Source: a virus (taxonomy: Duplodnaviria; Caudoviricetes). From it: a stretch of DNA of 30,748 nt. Position numbers and translations under genes: made by a program. The stretch covers positions 1-30,748 of IMG/VR virus record IMGVR_UViG_3300027813_003349. One strand, given 5' to 3'. Below the pieces are notes generated by a model. It worked only from the letters and a program-made list of their open reading frames with translations, did not search any database and was not told the DNA's origin. Below are positions 17,150 to 26,188 of the stretch, piece by piece (position 1 is the first letter of the stretch; the number at the start of each line of letters is the position of its first letter).

Positions 17150-19648
17150 TCAAAAAAATCTTTCAATACTCTGTTGTTTATCCACTACGGCTTCCCAACC
17201 CATGCTTTCATAGAACATACCAAGTTTTTTAGACATTGCCTGCTCGAACATTCTACTACTATCTATCTTATTTTTGATTAAATCTAAAATTTCTTTTGGG
17301 TCTTCATACCCTTTATAAGCTATGGTATCAAATCCAAACTCATTATCTTTTAAATAAACCCACCGTATCTTTGTTCCGTTGGATATCTTTTCATATTTTC
17401 TACCCTCATACCAATAATCCAATAATGAATTATAATTTATAGCCGATTTCACATGAACTGGTGCACCTTTCTTGTATTTAGCAAATGATGTTTCTTCATC
17501 TTTAGAAATATACTTACCAATACCCTTTACACCGATAGGATTTGCCAGTACATCATAAGATAGATTGTGCATATTTCTTTTGAATATTGATATTCTCTCA
17601 TCAATTTTTTCTTTTGGTACTTTTGCCAATATATCTTCTAAAACTTTACTTAATAAGTCTTTCATAGCAATAGCAAAGTTACTACGAACCGTATCCAATC
17701 CTTTAACTTGTATCTTATTTACTTTTCTACCAGCATCATTAATAATATGTAAACCATATCGTTTTTTCACAATAAACAATGCTGTTTTAGCAATAACTTC
17801 TTGTTTGATATCAAACTCATGTTTATCAACATTAAGAAACTTCTTAGAAAAGAAATCATAACTTTGATTCAAATAGTCTTGAACTTCTTGACAAATTTCC
17901 ATAATTCGTTGTGTCATCATTGTTTCAGATAGTTTCTCATTTGGAAATCTATGTTCAATCAATGGTACTGCGGATGCGAAAATAGAATCTGTATCAATAT
18001 AGATAACATAATCCTTATCTGTACCTAACTCTTTATTATAAAAGTGATTGGTAATCTTCTTACTGAACTTAATCAAGGATTGACCTGTTAGTGTGGTTGC
18101 TTCAGCATTATCAATATCATAAAATCTAAATACTGGTAAACCCAATACACCATATAAAGAGTTTAATAGAATCTTCTGTAGATATTGTCGTCTATCAAAG
18201 TATTCTTGTTTTTTAGTATCACCTTGTTCATGAAACTTCTTTACAAGTTTTCTCATCTCTACTCGTTCATTAAACCACTTTGTTAATAGTGCTGGAATCA
18301 ACCCCTGTCTATCGGTACGATACATTATACCATTACTTGATATACTTATTTTTTGACTTTCTAAATAATCTTTTAATTCTACTTCAGATAATTTACCAAT
18401 ACTCTTCCCATTCCTATTGTTAACTTGATATGTTTGTTTATGAGTTGTTTTTACATATTCATTTGCATTCCAATTTTCAACCTTACCAATCTTGGTTTCG
18501 GGTGAAATGTTTAAACTACGAATAACACTTGGATACATTGATGTAATATCTAAATCAAATACCCACTCATGTCTTCCTCGTTGTGGTGATTGTACATAAG
18601 CACCTGCAAATTTATCTTCAATCTTTTTAGGTCTTGGTGGTTTATTAGGTGCCACCACACCAATCTTTTTTAAATAAACTAATATAGCTCCTTCAAGATA
18701 TCTTGAACTCATAAACACATCTTCATATGGTACATGCCCAATGTGAGCTATACCACGAGCAATATCAATAAAATCTAACTTATCATCTAATTCCACGAGT
18801 ATTTGAACATCTCGAATATTATAATTTACAAACTTCTGTAAATCTTTCTCATACAAATCATTAAGTGTTCCCTCATACTCAATCTTTTTCATCCCAACTT
18901 CGACTTCACCAATATAATCTAAACGATAACTTGATTGTTGGATTGGTGAGAACTTTCTATATAAATGTAAATAGTCCATTTGATTAACACCAGCAATAGT
19001 ATATTTTTTCTTGTATTCACTATAATAAATTTGTCCAATTGGTGATAACATACTTGCTACATCTTTACCCAATACTCTTACTGAACGATTATATAAATAA
19101 GGAATATCAAAACTATCACTATTCCACCCACTTAATATTGTTGGTTGTATTTCCGAATATTTTCTATAAAATGAAGTTAACATTTCATACTCTGTAATAT
19201 AAAACTCAACTATCTGATTATCTTTTGTATAATTCTGAATTTGTTTTTTCTCATCCAATACATACGCAAAATATGTATTAGTTATCTCGTCATATAATGA
19301 AATTGAAGTTATTTTATTTGGGGCTTTCATTGGATCAGGAAATCCCTCTGTAACCTCTACCTCTATATCAAAAAATATTTTTCTATTTCCAATGGATGGT
19401 TCATCTGAATCCATATATTGGTCAACTAAAAATCTTGTAGTTTGTGGTACATCACTTTCGTGTAAGCCAGGAGTGTTATCTTCCCAATGGAAAATCTTTT
19501 TAACTTTATCACCATCAAGAGTATAATGTTGGCCTGTTGAATTTTTTATATAAGCGTATTTTTTATATGGGATTATGAGATATCCCTTTTTATCATCCCA
19601 CAGATGAATTTTCTGCTTTCTCATTTCAAAATATATCGATTGATACAA
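17150..19648 (-). CDS. family B DNA polymerase (gp43-like)
   Basis: Exonuclease motifs FDIE, WNSDSFD, YNIRD; polymerase motifs DITSMYPS, KILLNSLYG, YIDTDS; TTG start; no intein. Confidence 0.97.
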   Translation of the reverse strand: MYQSIYFEMRKQKIHLWDDKKGYLIIPYKKYAYIKNSTGQHYTLDGDKVKKIFHWEDNTPGLHESDVPQTTRFLVDQYMDSDEPSIGNRKIFFDIEVEVTEGFPDPMKAPNKITSISLYDEITNTYFAYVLDEKKQIQNYTKDNQIVEFYITEYEMLTSFYRKYSEIQPTILSGWNSDSFDIPYLYNRSVRVLGKDVASMLSPIGQIYYSEYKKKYTIAGVNQMDYLHLYRKFSPIQQSSYRLDYIGEVEVGMKKIEYEGTLNDLYEKDLQKFVNYNIRDVQILVELDDKLDFIDIARGIAHIGHVPYEDVFMSSRYLEGAILVYLKKIGVVAPNKPPRPKKIEDKFAGAYVQSPQRGRHEWVFDLDITSMYPSVIRSLNISPETKIGKVENWNANEYVKTTHKQTYQVNNRNGKSIGKLSEVELKDYLESQKISISSNGIMYRTDRQGLIPALLTKWFNERVEMRKLVKKFHEQGDTKKQEYFDRRQYLQKILLNSLYGVLGLPVFRFYDIDNAEATTLTGQSLIKFSKKITNHFYNKELGTDKDYVIYIDTDSIFASAVPLIEHRFPNEKLSETMMTQRIMEICQEVQDYLNQSYDFFSKKFLNVDKHEFDIKQEVIAKTALFIVKKRYGLHIINDAGRKVNKIQVKGLDTVRSNFAIAMKDLLSKVLEDILAKVPKEKIDERISIFKRNMHNLSYDVLANPIGVKGIGKYISKDEETSFAKYKKGAPVHVKSAINYNSLLDYWYEGRKYEKISNGTKIRWVYLKDNEFGFDTIAYKGYEDPKEILDLIKNKIDSSRMFEQAMSKKLGMFYESMGWEAVVDKQQSIERFF

Positions 19649-19677
19649 CTATGTAATTCTCCTATTTAATGTGTCTA

Positions 19678-19710
19678 AATATAACAACAAAACCCTATAC
19701 GAGTCAAGCT
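19678..19710 (-). promoter_or_regulatory. sigma70-like phage promoter, copy 2 (upstream of the polymerase)
   Basis: TTGACT-18 nt-TATATT, sharing AGCTTGACT..TATAGG.TTT with 3387-3419. Confidence 0.7.
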
Positions 19711-19723
19711 TTTTTTAAGTATA

Positions 19724-19748
19724 GGGGGATAATATTGAACTATCCCCC
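19724..19748 (-). terminator. GC-rich hairpin just after the TonB receptor gene (terminator or 3' stability hairpin)
   Basis: GGGGGATA/TATCCCCC 8-bp inverted repeat; the U-tract is weak. Confidence 0.55.
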
Positions 19749-19761
19749 CAAACTCTACTTT

Positions 19762-22584
19762 TTAGAAATTAACACTTAACCCTAAGTTAAAGTATCTTGG
19801 TGTACCAAGAAATACTTCAGCATTATGTGCTGCGTGAGTTTTATCTCCATAGCTATTGTACTGACTATGATCTACTGCATCTTGAACATATGTTTCGTCT
19901 AATGCGTTAAACACATGAGCAAATAAAGATATGTCATATCCACTAACTGGTAGTAAATATGAAGCATGTAAGTCCACCTTTGAATAAGATGGTGCTTCCC
20001 ATACTTGTTCTCTATCTGCATCTTCATCTGAACCATCATATTCACGAGAATCAGGACTCCAATCACTATAGTTCTTATCATAAGAATTCCATAGTGCTGA
20101 AAGTACTAATCCCTTTACAGGAAAAATGGTTGCACCAAGTGCATATGATGTTTGTGGCATATCACCAACATACAATCCGTTAAGAGCATATTGATAATCT
20201 GTAGTGGTTAAACCAGTTACATTACCTTGTTCATCATATTCATTTGATTGATACTTTCCATTAGCATCACCATCAAACTTCCAAGTACCAAGACTTACAG
20301 CTGCTGTTATACTAACCATTTTATGTAGTTGTGTAGAAGCTTCAATCTCAAGTCCTTGATGTTTTTGATTAATACCTGTTAAGAAAATGACATCAGTATC
20401 ACCTGAATCACCTTGACCTGTAGTTACTGATTTAGTAAGGTTTCTATCTTTCCAATCTGTATTGTATACATTTGCCTTGACAGCGAATCTATCAGATTTG
20501 AAATTAACACCAGCTTCTGAACTGATGAAAGTTTCATTATTTGGATCAGAAGCAACCGTACCATCATAGTAAATTACATTGTCCATGATTGGTGGTTTCT
20601 GAACATATCCAATATTACCAAAAAGGCTAACATTATCGTCTATGTCGTACATTGCTCCACCTTTGAACTGAGCAGTATAAATAGCATCAGCTTTTATTAC
20701 TTCATCAGCAACTGAAAAGTGGTCTTGGTAAGAATACTTAATACTTGATAATCCACCCATACCATATAGATTTAAATTATCTTTTGTATAATTACCTTGT
20801 ACAAATCCACCCAACCAATCAACGGTAGTTTCATTGTGATAGGCGATTATATCACCTAACTCAACTCTTTTACCATCTGGTGAGTTTTTATCAGCATAAT
20901 CCATGTAATAATCACCACCGAGTAAATCACGAACTTCTCGTGCGTGTTCTATACCTGCGGTTCTCCAATCAATACCTACTTGTACTTTAAACTCATCACT
21001 AATATCGTAATTAAGTTTAGAAATTACACCGTAAGTATCTTGACGATTGATACTATTACGAAGAATACCAACTGATTGGTTATTACCTTCGCCATGTGTT
21101 CGTGTAAGAGCTGACTTATCTACATATACTGTATCAGAATTACCTGAGTTATATGCTATAAGACTATTCCAATCACGAGTCCAGGGACCACGACCATAAT
21201 AAAATTTATAGTCATCATCGCCAAGATTACCATCAGCATCAAATGTAGGAATCTTACCATAAGTTCCTGTTCCACCACCTGAACCACCAGACCAATAAAA
21301 GACTGAACTTAAACTTGTCTTATCATCTATTGTCCAAAAATGATTTAGATTTACTAATGGTTTGTGAAAGTAGTTTTCTCTTTCGTTTAGATAATCACTT
21401 GCGTGTCTATCTTGTAGTCCACTATCAAAAAGTCCACCTACTCCATACATATACCAGTATTGTTTACCTTTATATGATGGGTCAACTGGTGACCAGTTTT
21501 GATTAAATAACCTACCGACATCCTTGAACTTACCATCATCTTGTGGAACTCCTTCTACCTCTGTTGGGAGTGCTTCAGTATCATATCCATCTATACTCGC
21601 AGCAAAATCAGCGTCATAAGCACCGATATTCTGTTTGTATAGATTCTGTCCATGTCTCTGTGGAGCACCGATTGCATATAATTCCAATCGATGGTCAGCA
21701 TTTACTTGATAACTTGAACCAAAATAATAAGCCCAAGCATCTGTCCATGTTTTGTCAATGATACCATTACCTGTTTTACGAACTACAGTTCCACTTAAAG
21801 CGAATTTATCACTAATAAGTCCTGAATTGTAATTCAAAGTAGTTTTCAATAAACCACCTGCACCACTTTCCTGTTTAAACTTACCACCTTTTGAAGCGGC
21901 AGCAGGATTTGTGATTATGTTCATCGTTCCCCCTATCGATGGGGCAGCTAAATTAACGGCACTTAATCCACGCTGCATCTGAATAGATTGAGCTGCATCT
22001 GCAACTCCATCCCAATTAGACCAATAGACCCAACCGTTTTCCATATCGTTTTGTGGAACTCCGTTTATCATTACTGCGATGTTTCGTTGGTTAAAACCAC
22101 GAATGTTGATGCGAGCATCTCCCGCACCACCACCTTGTTGTGTTGCATATACACTTGGGGTCTGGTTAAGAGCCATTGGAAGGTCTTGTGAACCAAGACG
22201 AAATTCCAATTCTTCTTTACTAACCGTAGTGTAAGCAACAGGTGTTTTTTCATCTGCTCTTGAAGCCAAAACCTCAAGTGCTGACATAGTTAAAACATCT
22301 TCTTCTAAATTGAAGTTGAGTGTTCCAACTATATCACCCACTATAACATCAGATGTTACAGGTGAGTATCCAATGAATGAAGCAGTTAATGTAAATGTCC
22401 CTTCAGCTCCGACATCAATAGTGTATTTACCAGATTCATCTGTTACACCACCTCTATCAGTTCCTTCGACAGCTACATTTGCCCCAATCAATGGTTCATT
22501 ACCACTATTGACTACACCGACAATAGATTGTGCAAACAATCCTGTCATCATCATTAGTGATATTATTAGATTATTTTTTCTCAT
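19762..22584 (-). CDS. TonB-dependent outer membrane receptor
   Basis: Signal peptide (..GLFA-QS), carboxypeptidase-regulatory-like domain (EPLIGANV...TDESGKY), plug (RINIRGF, VMINGVP, IQMQRG, GGTMNIIT), beta-barrel and terminal Phe (YFNLGLSVNF). Confidence 0.93.
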   Translation of the reverse strand: MRKNNLIISLMMMTGLFAQSIVGVVNSGNEPLIGANVAVEGTDRGGVTDESGKYTIDVGAEGTFTLTASFIGYSPVTSDVIVGDIVGTLNFNLEEDVLTMSALEVLASRADEKTPVAYTTVSKEELEFRLGSQDLPMALNQTPSVYATQQGGGAGDARINIRGFNQRNIAVMINGVPQNDMENGWVYWSNWDGVADAAQSIQMQRGLSAVNLAAPSIGGTMNIITNPAAASKGGKFKQESGAGGLLKTTLNYNSGLISDKFALSGTVVRKTGNGIIDKTWTDAWAYYFGSSYQVNADHRLELYAIGAPQRHGQNLYKQNIGAYDADFAASIDGYDTEALPTEVEGVPQDDGKFKDVGRLFNQNWSPVDPSYKGKQYWYMYGVGGLFDSGLQDRHASDYLNERENYFHKPLVNLNHFWTIDDKTSLSSVFYWSGGSGGGTGTYGKIPTFDADGNLGDDDYKFYYGRGPWTRDWNSLIAYNSGNSDTVYVDKSALTRTHGEGNNQSVGILRNSINRQDTYGVISKLNYDISDEFKVQVGIDWRTAGIEHAREVRDLLGGDYYMDYADKNSPDGKRVELGDIIAYHNETTVDWLGGFVQGNYTKDNLNLYGMGGLSSIKYSYQDHFSVADEVIKADAIYTAQFKGGAMYDIDDNVSLFGNIGYVQKPPIMDNVIYYDGTVASDPNNETFISSEAGVNFKSDRFAVKANVYNTDWKDRNLTKSVTTGQGDSGDTDVIFLTGINQKHQGLEIEASTQLHKMVSITAAVSLGTWKFDGDANGKYQSNEYDEQGNVTGLTTTDYQYALNGLYVGDMPQTSYALGATIFPVKGLVLSALWNSYDKNYSDWSPDSREYDGSDEDADREQVWEAPSYSKVDLHASYLLPVSGYDISLFAHVFNALDETYVQDAVDHSQYNSYGDKTHAAHNAEVFLGTPRYFNLGLSVNF

Positions 22585-22612
22585 TTATAATCTCCTCTGT
22601 TTGTTTGTTTAA

Positions 22613-22645
22613 GACGCATTTTTTAGTAGGTGCGTCAACTGCCTA
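22613..22645 (-). promoter_or_regulatory. predicted H-type pseudoknot in the TonB receptor leader
   Basis: RNA UAGG-CAGUU-GACGCA-CCUA-CUAAAAAA-UGCGUC with interleaved stems UAGG/CCUA and GACGCA/UGCGUC. Confidence 0.45.
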
Positions 22646-22662
22646 TTTGGGTATGTGAAATC

Positions 22663-24672
22663 TTAGTTTGCATAATCTTGATCATCATTATCACCACTCA
22701 TTGGTGGTATCTCACATGAATCATTATTACAAAATTTATCTACTTCGGCCTCTTCATTTTTAATTACACCAAATGAAAGAGTTTTTAATTTTTTTAATTG
22801 TTTATTATAAGTTTTCTCATCAATCGCTTCATAAGGCATTTGTTTATAAGCTCCTAATGGATGTCTTGGTAATAATGATATACCTTTTAATCTATATTGA
22901 AAATAATTTAAAACGTGTGGGAGTTCATCTGCTTCTGTTTCAGGATTGAATGTTGCTGTACAACTAACTTGGTTGTCTGCCCAATGCCGTTGTAGAAAAG
23001 CTGCTAAACTGAATTGTTCCCAAATGGATAATTCGGCCGCAGTTCTAATACCCTCACCGACATCTACGGGCACCTCTACAACTAATGTTGTATTTTCTGA
23101 ACCATATGCTGGTTCTATTTTATAACCTGCTTTTGTTAATGGTTCTATCAATTCTGATTGTTTTGATATTCTAACCCTTCTAATATAAAATCTTGACTCT
23201 GGATAATGTAATCCTGGTGTTGCTCCTGCTAATAATGATACAGTTCCGCTTGGTTTTACACTTGTGGTCTTGATTGACTTTGGAACTGCAAACCAATCAG
23301 AATATTCTTTATCCCATTCTTGTATTGTATCGTATCCCTCTTCTAACCAATGTCGTAAAGTATCTAATCCATTATTAGTAATGAATTGTGCAACTCCACT
23401 AACACTACACCCAATTCTACGATTTCTTAACATCACTCTGTTAGTATCACTCCAATGAGTTCTACCAAGTGTTACAGTTTTGGCGTACAAATATGCATAT
23501 TTTAATGTTCTTTTATAGTCCTCTAATGAATCATGATTGTCTGGAAATGTTTCCACTAAACAACATAACTCATATGATTCAAGTGATTGTTCTAAACAAG
23601 GATTACCACCCATTACTCTATGGTCTTTATCATCTCCACCATTTTTCATTCTTGAGTAATGTCTCATATTATCCAACCACGCTAAACCAGGTTCTCCATT
23701 ATCCACAATCCTCTTACATATATCAGTATAATCCATACCAAGTTCTGCAAATACTGAATTGTTTGAAGTCCAACCAAATTGATCTCTATCTGGATTAACT
23801 TTATAATTCTTTAAATTTAAATATTCTTCATCATGTGGATCACCAAACACAATCTCTGCAGTTCGTCTTACGTTCCCTGCTACGACACATTTACCAATAA
23901 GGTTCATTATATCAACAATAGTAGTTACTGTAATTGGTTCTCCACTATTCGTTTCTAATACTTTTCTGATATCTTCGTGGACTTCTTCTAATGGGTCTGG
24001 ACCACTTGATACACCACCAAAGCCTTTGATTGGTGCACCTTCAGGTCTGATTATTGTATAATCAAATTCTACTGGTTGTGAACCATGAAAATAACTTTCT
24101 AACAATAACCTTAACGAATCTACCCAACCTTCTCGTGTATCTGGAATCTGAAATATTGTTGAATCCCTATCTTTATCTATACCCTTAACAACTATTTCAC
24201 CAGCACCTTTTACATCAAACCCCACACCAACACCTAACATACTTGCATCCATAAGGAAACAAAATGGTTTTGAATAATCTTCTTTAATTGTTTTTGTAGA
24301 CACGAAAGCACAGTTATTTAGTGCTGCATACAATTTCTTTTCTTCTGTGATTGCTGTTCCCATAGCCCATAAACCACGACCTGGTGGTAAGAATTTCATG
24401 TTGAATATTCTATCATACATATCTTGTGCGGACTTTTGTGCTTGCCAAGGATTCCAACCTAACTGATGAGAATCTATCCATGTCATTTGCATAGAATAAG
24501 TTCCCTCTACAACTCTTTTGACGGTTTCCCACCATCTCTCATTTTTTCCATCTTCTTTAATACGAGAATAGGTTCTCATATAAACTAACTCACCTAAACC
24601 ATTAAAACCAAAAGGAGGTTTCTTTCTTTTATACTTATTAATAAAATTTTCCGATAACTTAAATTTTTCCAC
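22663..24672 (-). CDS. nrdJ: class II (adenosylcobalamin-dependent) monomeric-type ribonucleotide reductase
   Basis: PPGRGLW, LNNC, GNVRRTA, NPCLEQ, TTSVKPSGT, C-terminal FCNNDSC; GTG start with AGGAG RBS; no beta subunit gene nearby. Confidence 0.93.
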   Translation of the reverse strand: MEKFKLSENFINKYKRKKPPFGFNGLGELVYMRTYSRIKEDGKNERWWETVKRVVEGTYSMQMTWIDSHQLGWNPWQAQKSAQDMYDRIFNMKFLPPGRGLWAMGTAITEEKKLYAALNNCAFVSTKTIKEDYSKPFCFLMDASMLGVGVGFDVKGAGEIVVKGIDKDRDSTIFQIPDTREGWVDSLRLLLESYFHGSQPVEFDYTIIRPEGAPIKGFGGVSSGPDPLEEVHEDIRKVLETNSGEPITVTTIVDIMNLIGKCVVAGNVRRTAEIVFGDPHDEEYLNLKNYKVNPDRDQFGWTSNNSVFAELGMDYTDICKRIVDNGEPGLAWLDNMRHYSRMKNGGDDKDHRVMGGNPCLEQSLESYELCCLVETFPDNHDSLEDYKRTLKYAYLYAKTVTLGRTHWSDTNRVMLRNRRIGCSVSGVAQFITNNGLDTLRHWLEEGYDTIQEWDKEYSDWFAVPKSIKTTSVKPSGTVSLLAGATPGLHYPESRFYIRRVRISKQSELIEPLTKAGYKIEPAYGSENTTLVVEVPVDVGEGIRTAAELSIWEQFSLAAFLQRHWADNQVSCTATFNPETEADELPHVLNYFQYRLKGISLLPRHPLGAYKQMPYEAIDEKTYNKQLKKLKTLSFGVIKNEEAEVDKFCNNDSCEIPPMSGDNDDQDYAN

Positions 24673-24826
24673 TACAACTCCTATTTTTGCATGTTAACAA
24701 CTGTTTTCTACTTCCTAATATACCTATAATATATATAATATTTTAAACACTATATTTACATTTTTTTAGAAGTTTAAAAAACTTTTTCTTTGAAGTTTTA
24801 AAAAAGGAACACTTGGTGTGTACTTT

Positions 24827-26188
24827 TTATTCAAATCCTTCTCCGTCAAAGTCTTTCTTCTTCTGTGCTAATGTCTTACGAAGGTATTCATCAGCATTAT
24901 TCATCTTTCCTTGTACTTCTTTACCACCTTGTGTGTTAGTTTCATAGATTTGTATGTAACCTGTATTCGTATTGATTGTTGCTGGAAATGTAATTCCATC
25001 TGGACCAAATCTATTTTTAATCACATGGAATCTACCTGTGTTTGCTATTTTATCCTCTACTTTTCTACTCATACTCATAACAAAATCTGCAGTCATAACC
25101 TTAGAGTAATCTTCTGATACTTTACTTGCATCTATCACATCCTCATCTAATGCAGAACGATTTGCTTGTGAAGCTGTCCATATCGGTATATCAAACTCAC
25201 CTGCCATACCTCTTAACTCTTCATATACATGCCCAATTTGGTGTCTTTTTTCTGTAAAGTTAGATGTTGATTTCATAATATCTGCATAATCCACAATAAC
25301 CAAATCTGGTTTTATTCCTTGTAATTCACATTGTTGTAAATGTGCGAATATTGTAGTTACACTTGCCGTTCTCGTTGGATAATATTTGATAATCAAATTA
25401 CCCTTTAATTTGTCAATTGCTCTCTGTACATCATCCTTGTAGTACTGAAGATTTCCTGTTGGTTGTCCACTCACAATACAATCATATCGTAACCCAACAT
25501 AAGCCGCATTTAACTCCAATGTATAATGAACTACCGTTAATCCCTTTTTCATAGCATGTGTACCGATTGCCTGGAGTGTCCATGATTTACCAATCCCAGC
25601 TGGAGCAACTATAACACCAAGTTCTCCACCTGCAAGTCCACCATCCATTAAATCATTAACACTATCCCAACCCGTAGGTTGAGTATTTCGTGCTTGTTTT
25701 GTCATTCGTTCTTCAAAACTTGTTATATACTCATGCCCGATATCTCGTTCCATACCAGCAGTCATTGCTTTATCAATTATACCTTTAATTTCATCATATC
25801 GATGAGATTCTAATAATTCAACTGATTGCATAATCGCACCCTTAACAACTTGATTCTTACAAAACTCTAATGTTTTTTCCTTTACAAATTCTAAATCTGG
25901 GTCTTCTCTATGACTCCAAGCCCCTCTTAAACTATCTACAATTGCACCTTTTAATACATCATTTTCTACATCATCAACCATTATTTTTATTGCTTCCATC
26001 GTTGGTTGTGTTTTATATTTAACAAAATAATCTTTAATTGATTTGATTAAAAACTTATTTGAATCTGTATCGAAATAACTTATTTCAAGTATATCAATAA
26101 TCTGTTTTACAAATTTAACATCTGTTAATAAACTTGAAAGTATTTTACTTTGAAAAGAAGTTCCATATTTTATTAATGATTCACTCAT
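24827..26188 (-). CDS. replicative DnaB-like helicase (gp41-like)
   Basis: APAGIGKS, TLE, IVDYAD, TASQANR and KNRFG motifs; likely start at 26188 (ATGA overlap). Confidence 0.93.
   Translation of the reverse strand: MSESLIKYGTSFQSKILSSLLTDVKFVKQIIDILEISYFDTDSNKFLIKSIKDYFVKYKTQPTMEAIKIMVDDVENDVLKGAIVDSLRGAWSHREDPDLEFVKEKTLEFCKNQVVKGAIMQSVELLESHRYDEIKGIIDKAMTAGMERDIGHEYITSFEERMTKQARNTQPTGWDSVNDLMDGGLAGGELGVIVAPAGIGKSWTLQAIGTHAMKKGLTVVHYTLELNAAYVGLRYDCIVSGQPTGNLQYYKDDVQRAIDKLKGNLIIKYYPTRTASVTTIFAHLQQCELQGIKPDLVIVDYADIMKSTSNFTEKRHQIGHVYEELRGMAGEFDIPIWTASQANRSALDEDVIDASKVSEDYSKVMTADFVMSMSRKVEDKIANTGRFHVIKNRFGPDGITFPATINTNTGYIQIYETNTQGGKEVQGKMNNADEYLRKTLAQKKKDFDGEGFE

Noticed and set aside
22585-22662. 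Cobalamin riboswitch ahead of the TonB receptor
   Set aside because: The gap is only 78 bp and has no B12-box-like sequence
24747-24762. NrdR box upstream of nrdJ (ACACTATATTTACATT)
   Set aside because: Only the left half matches the palindromic consensus, the conserved G is missing, and no second box is evident
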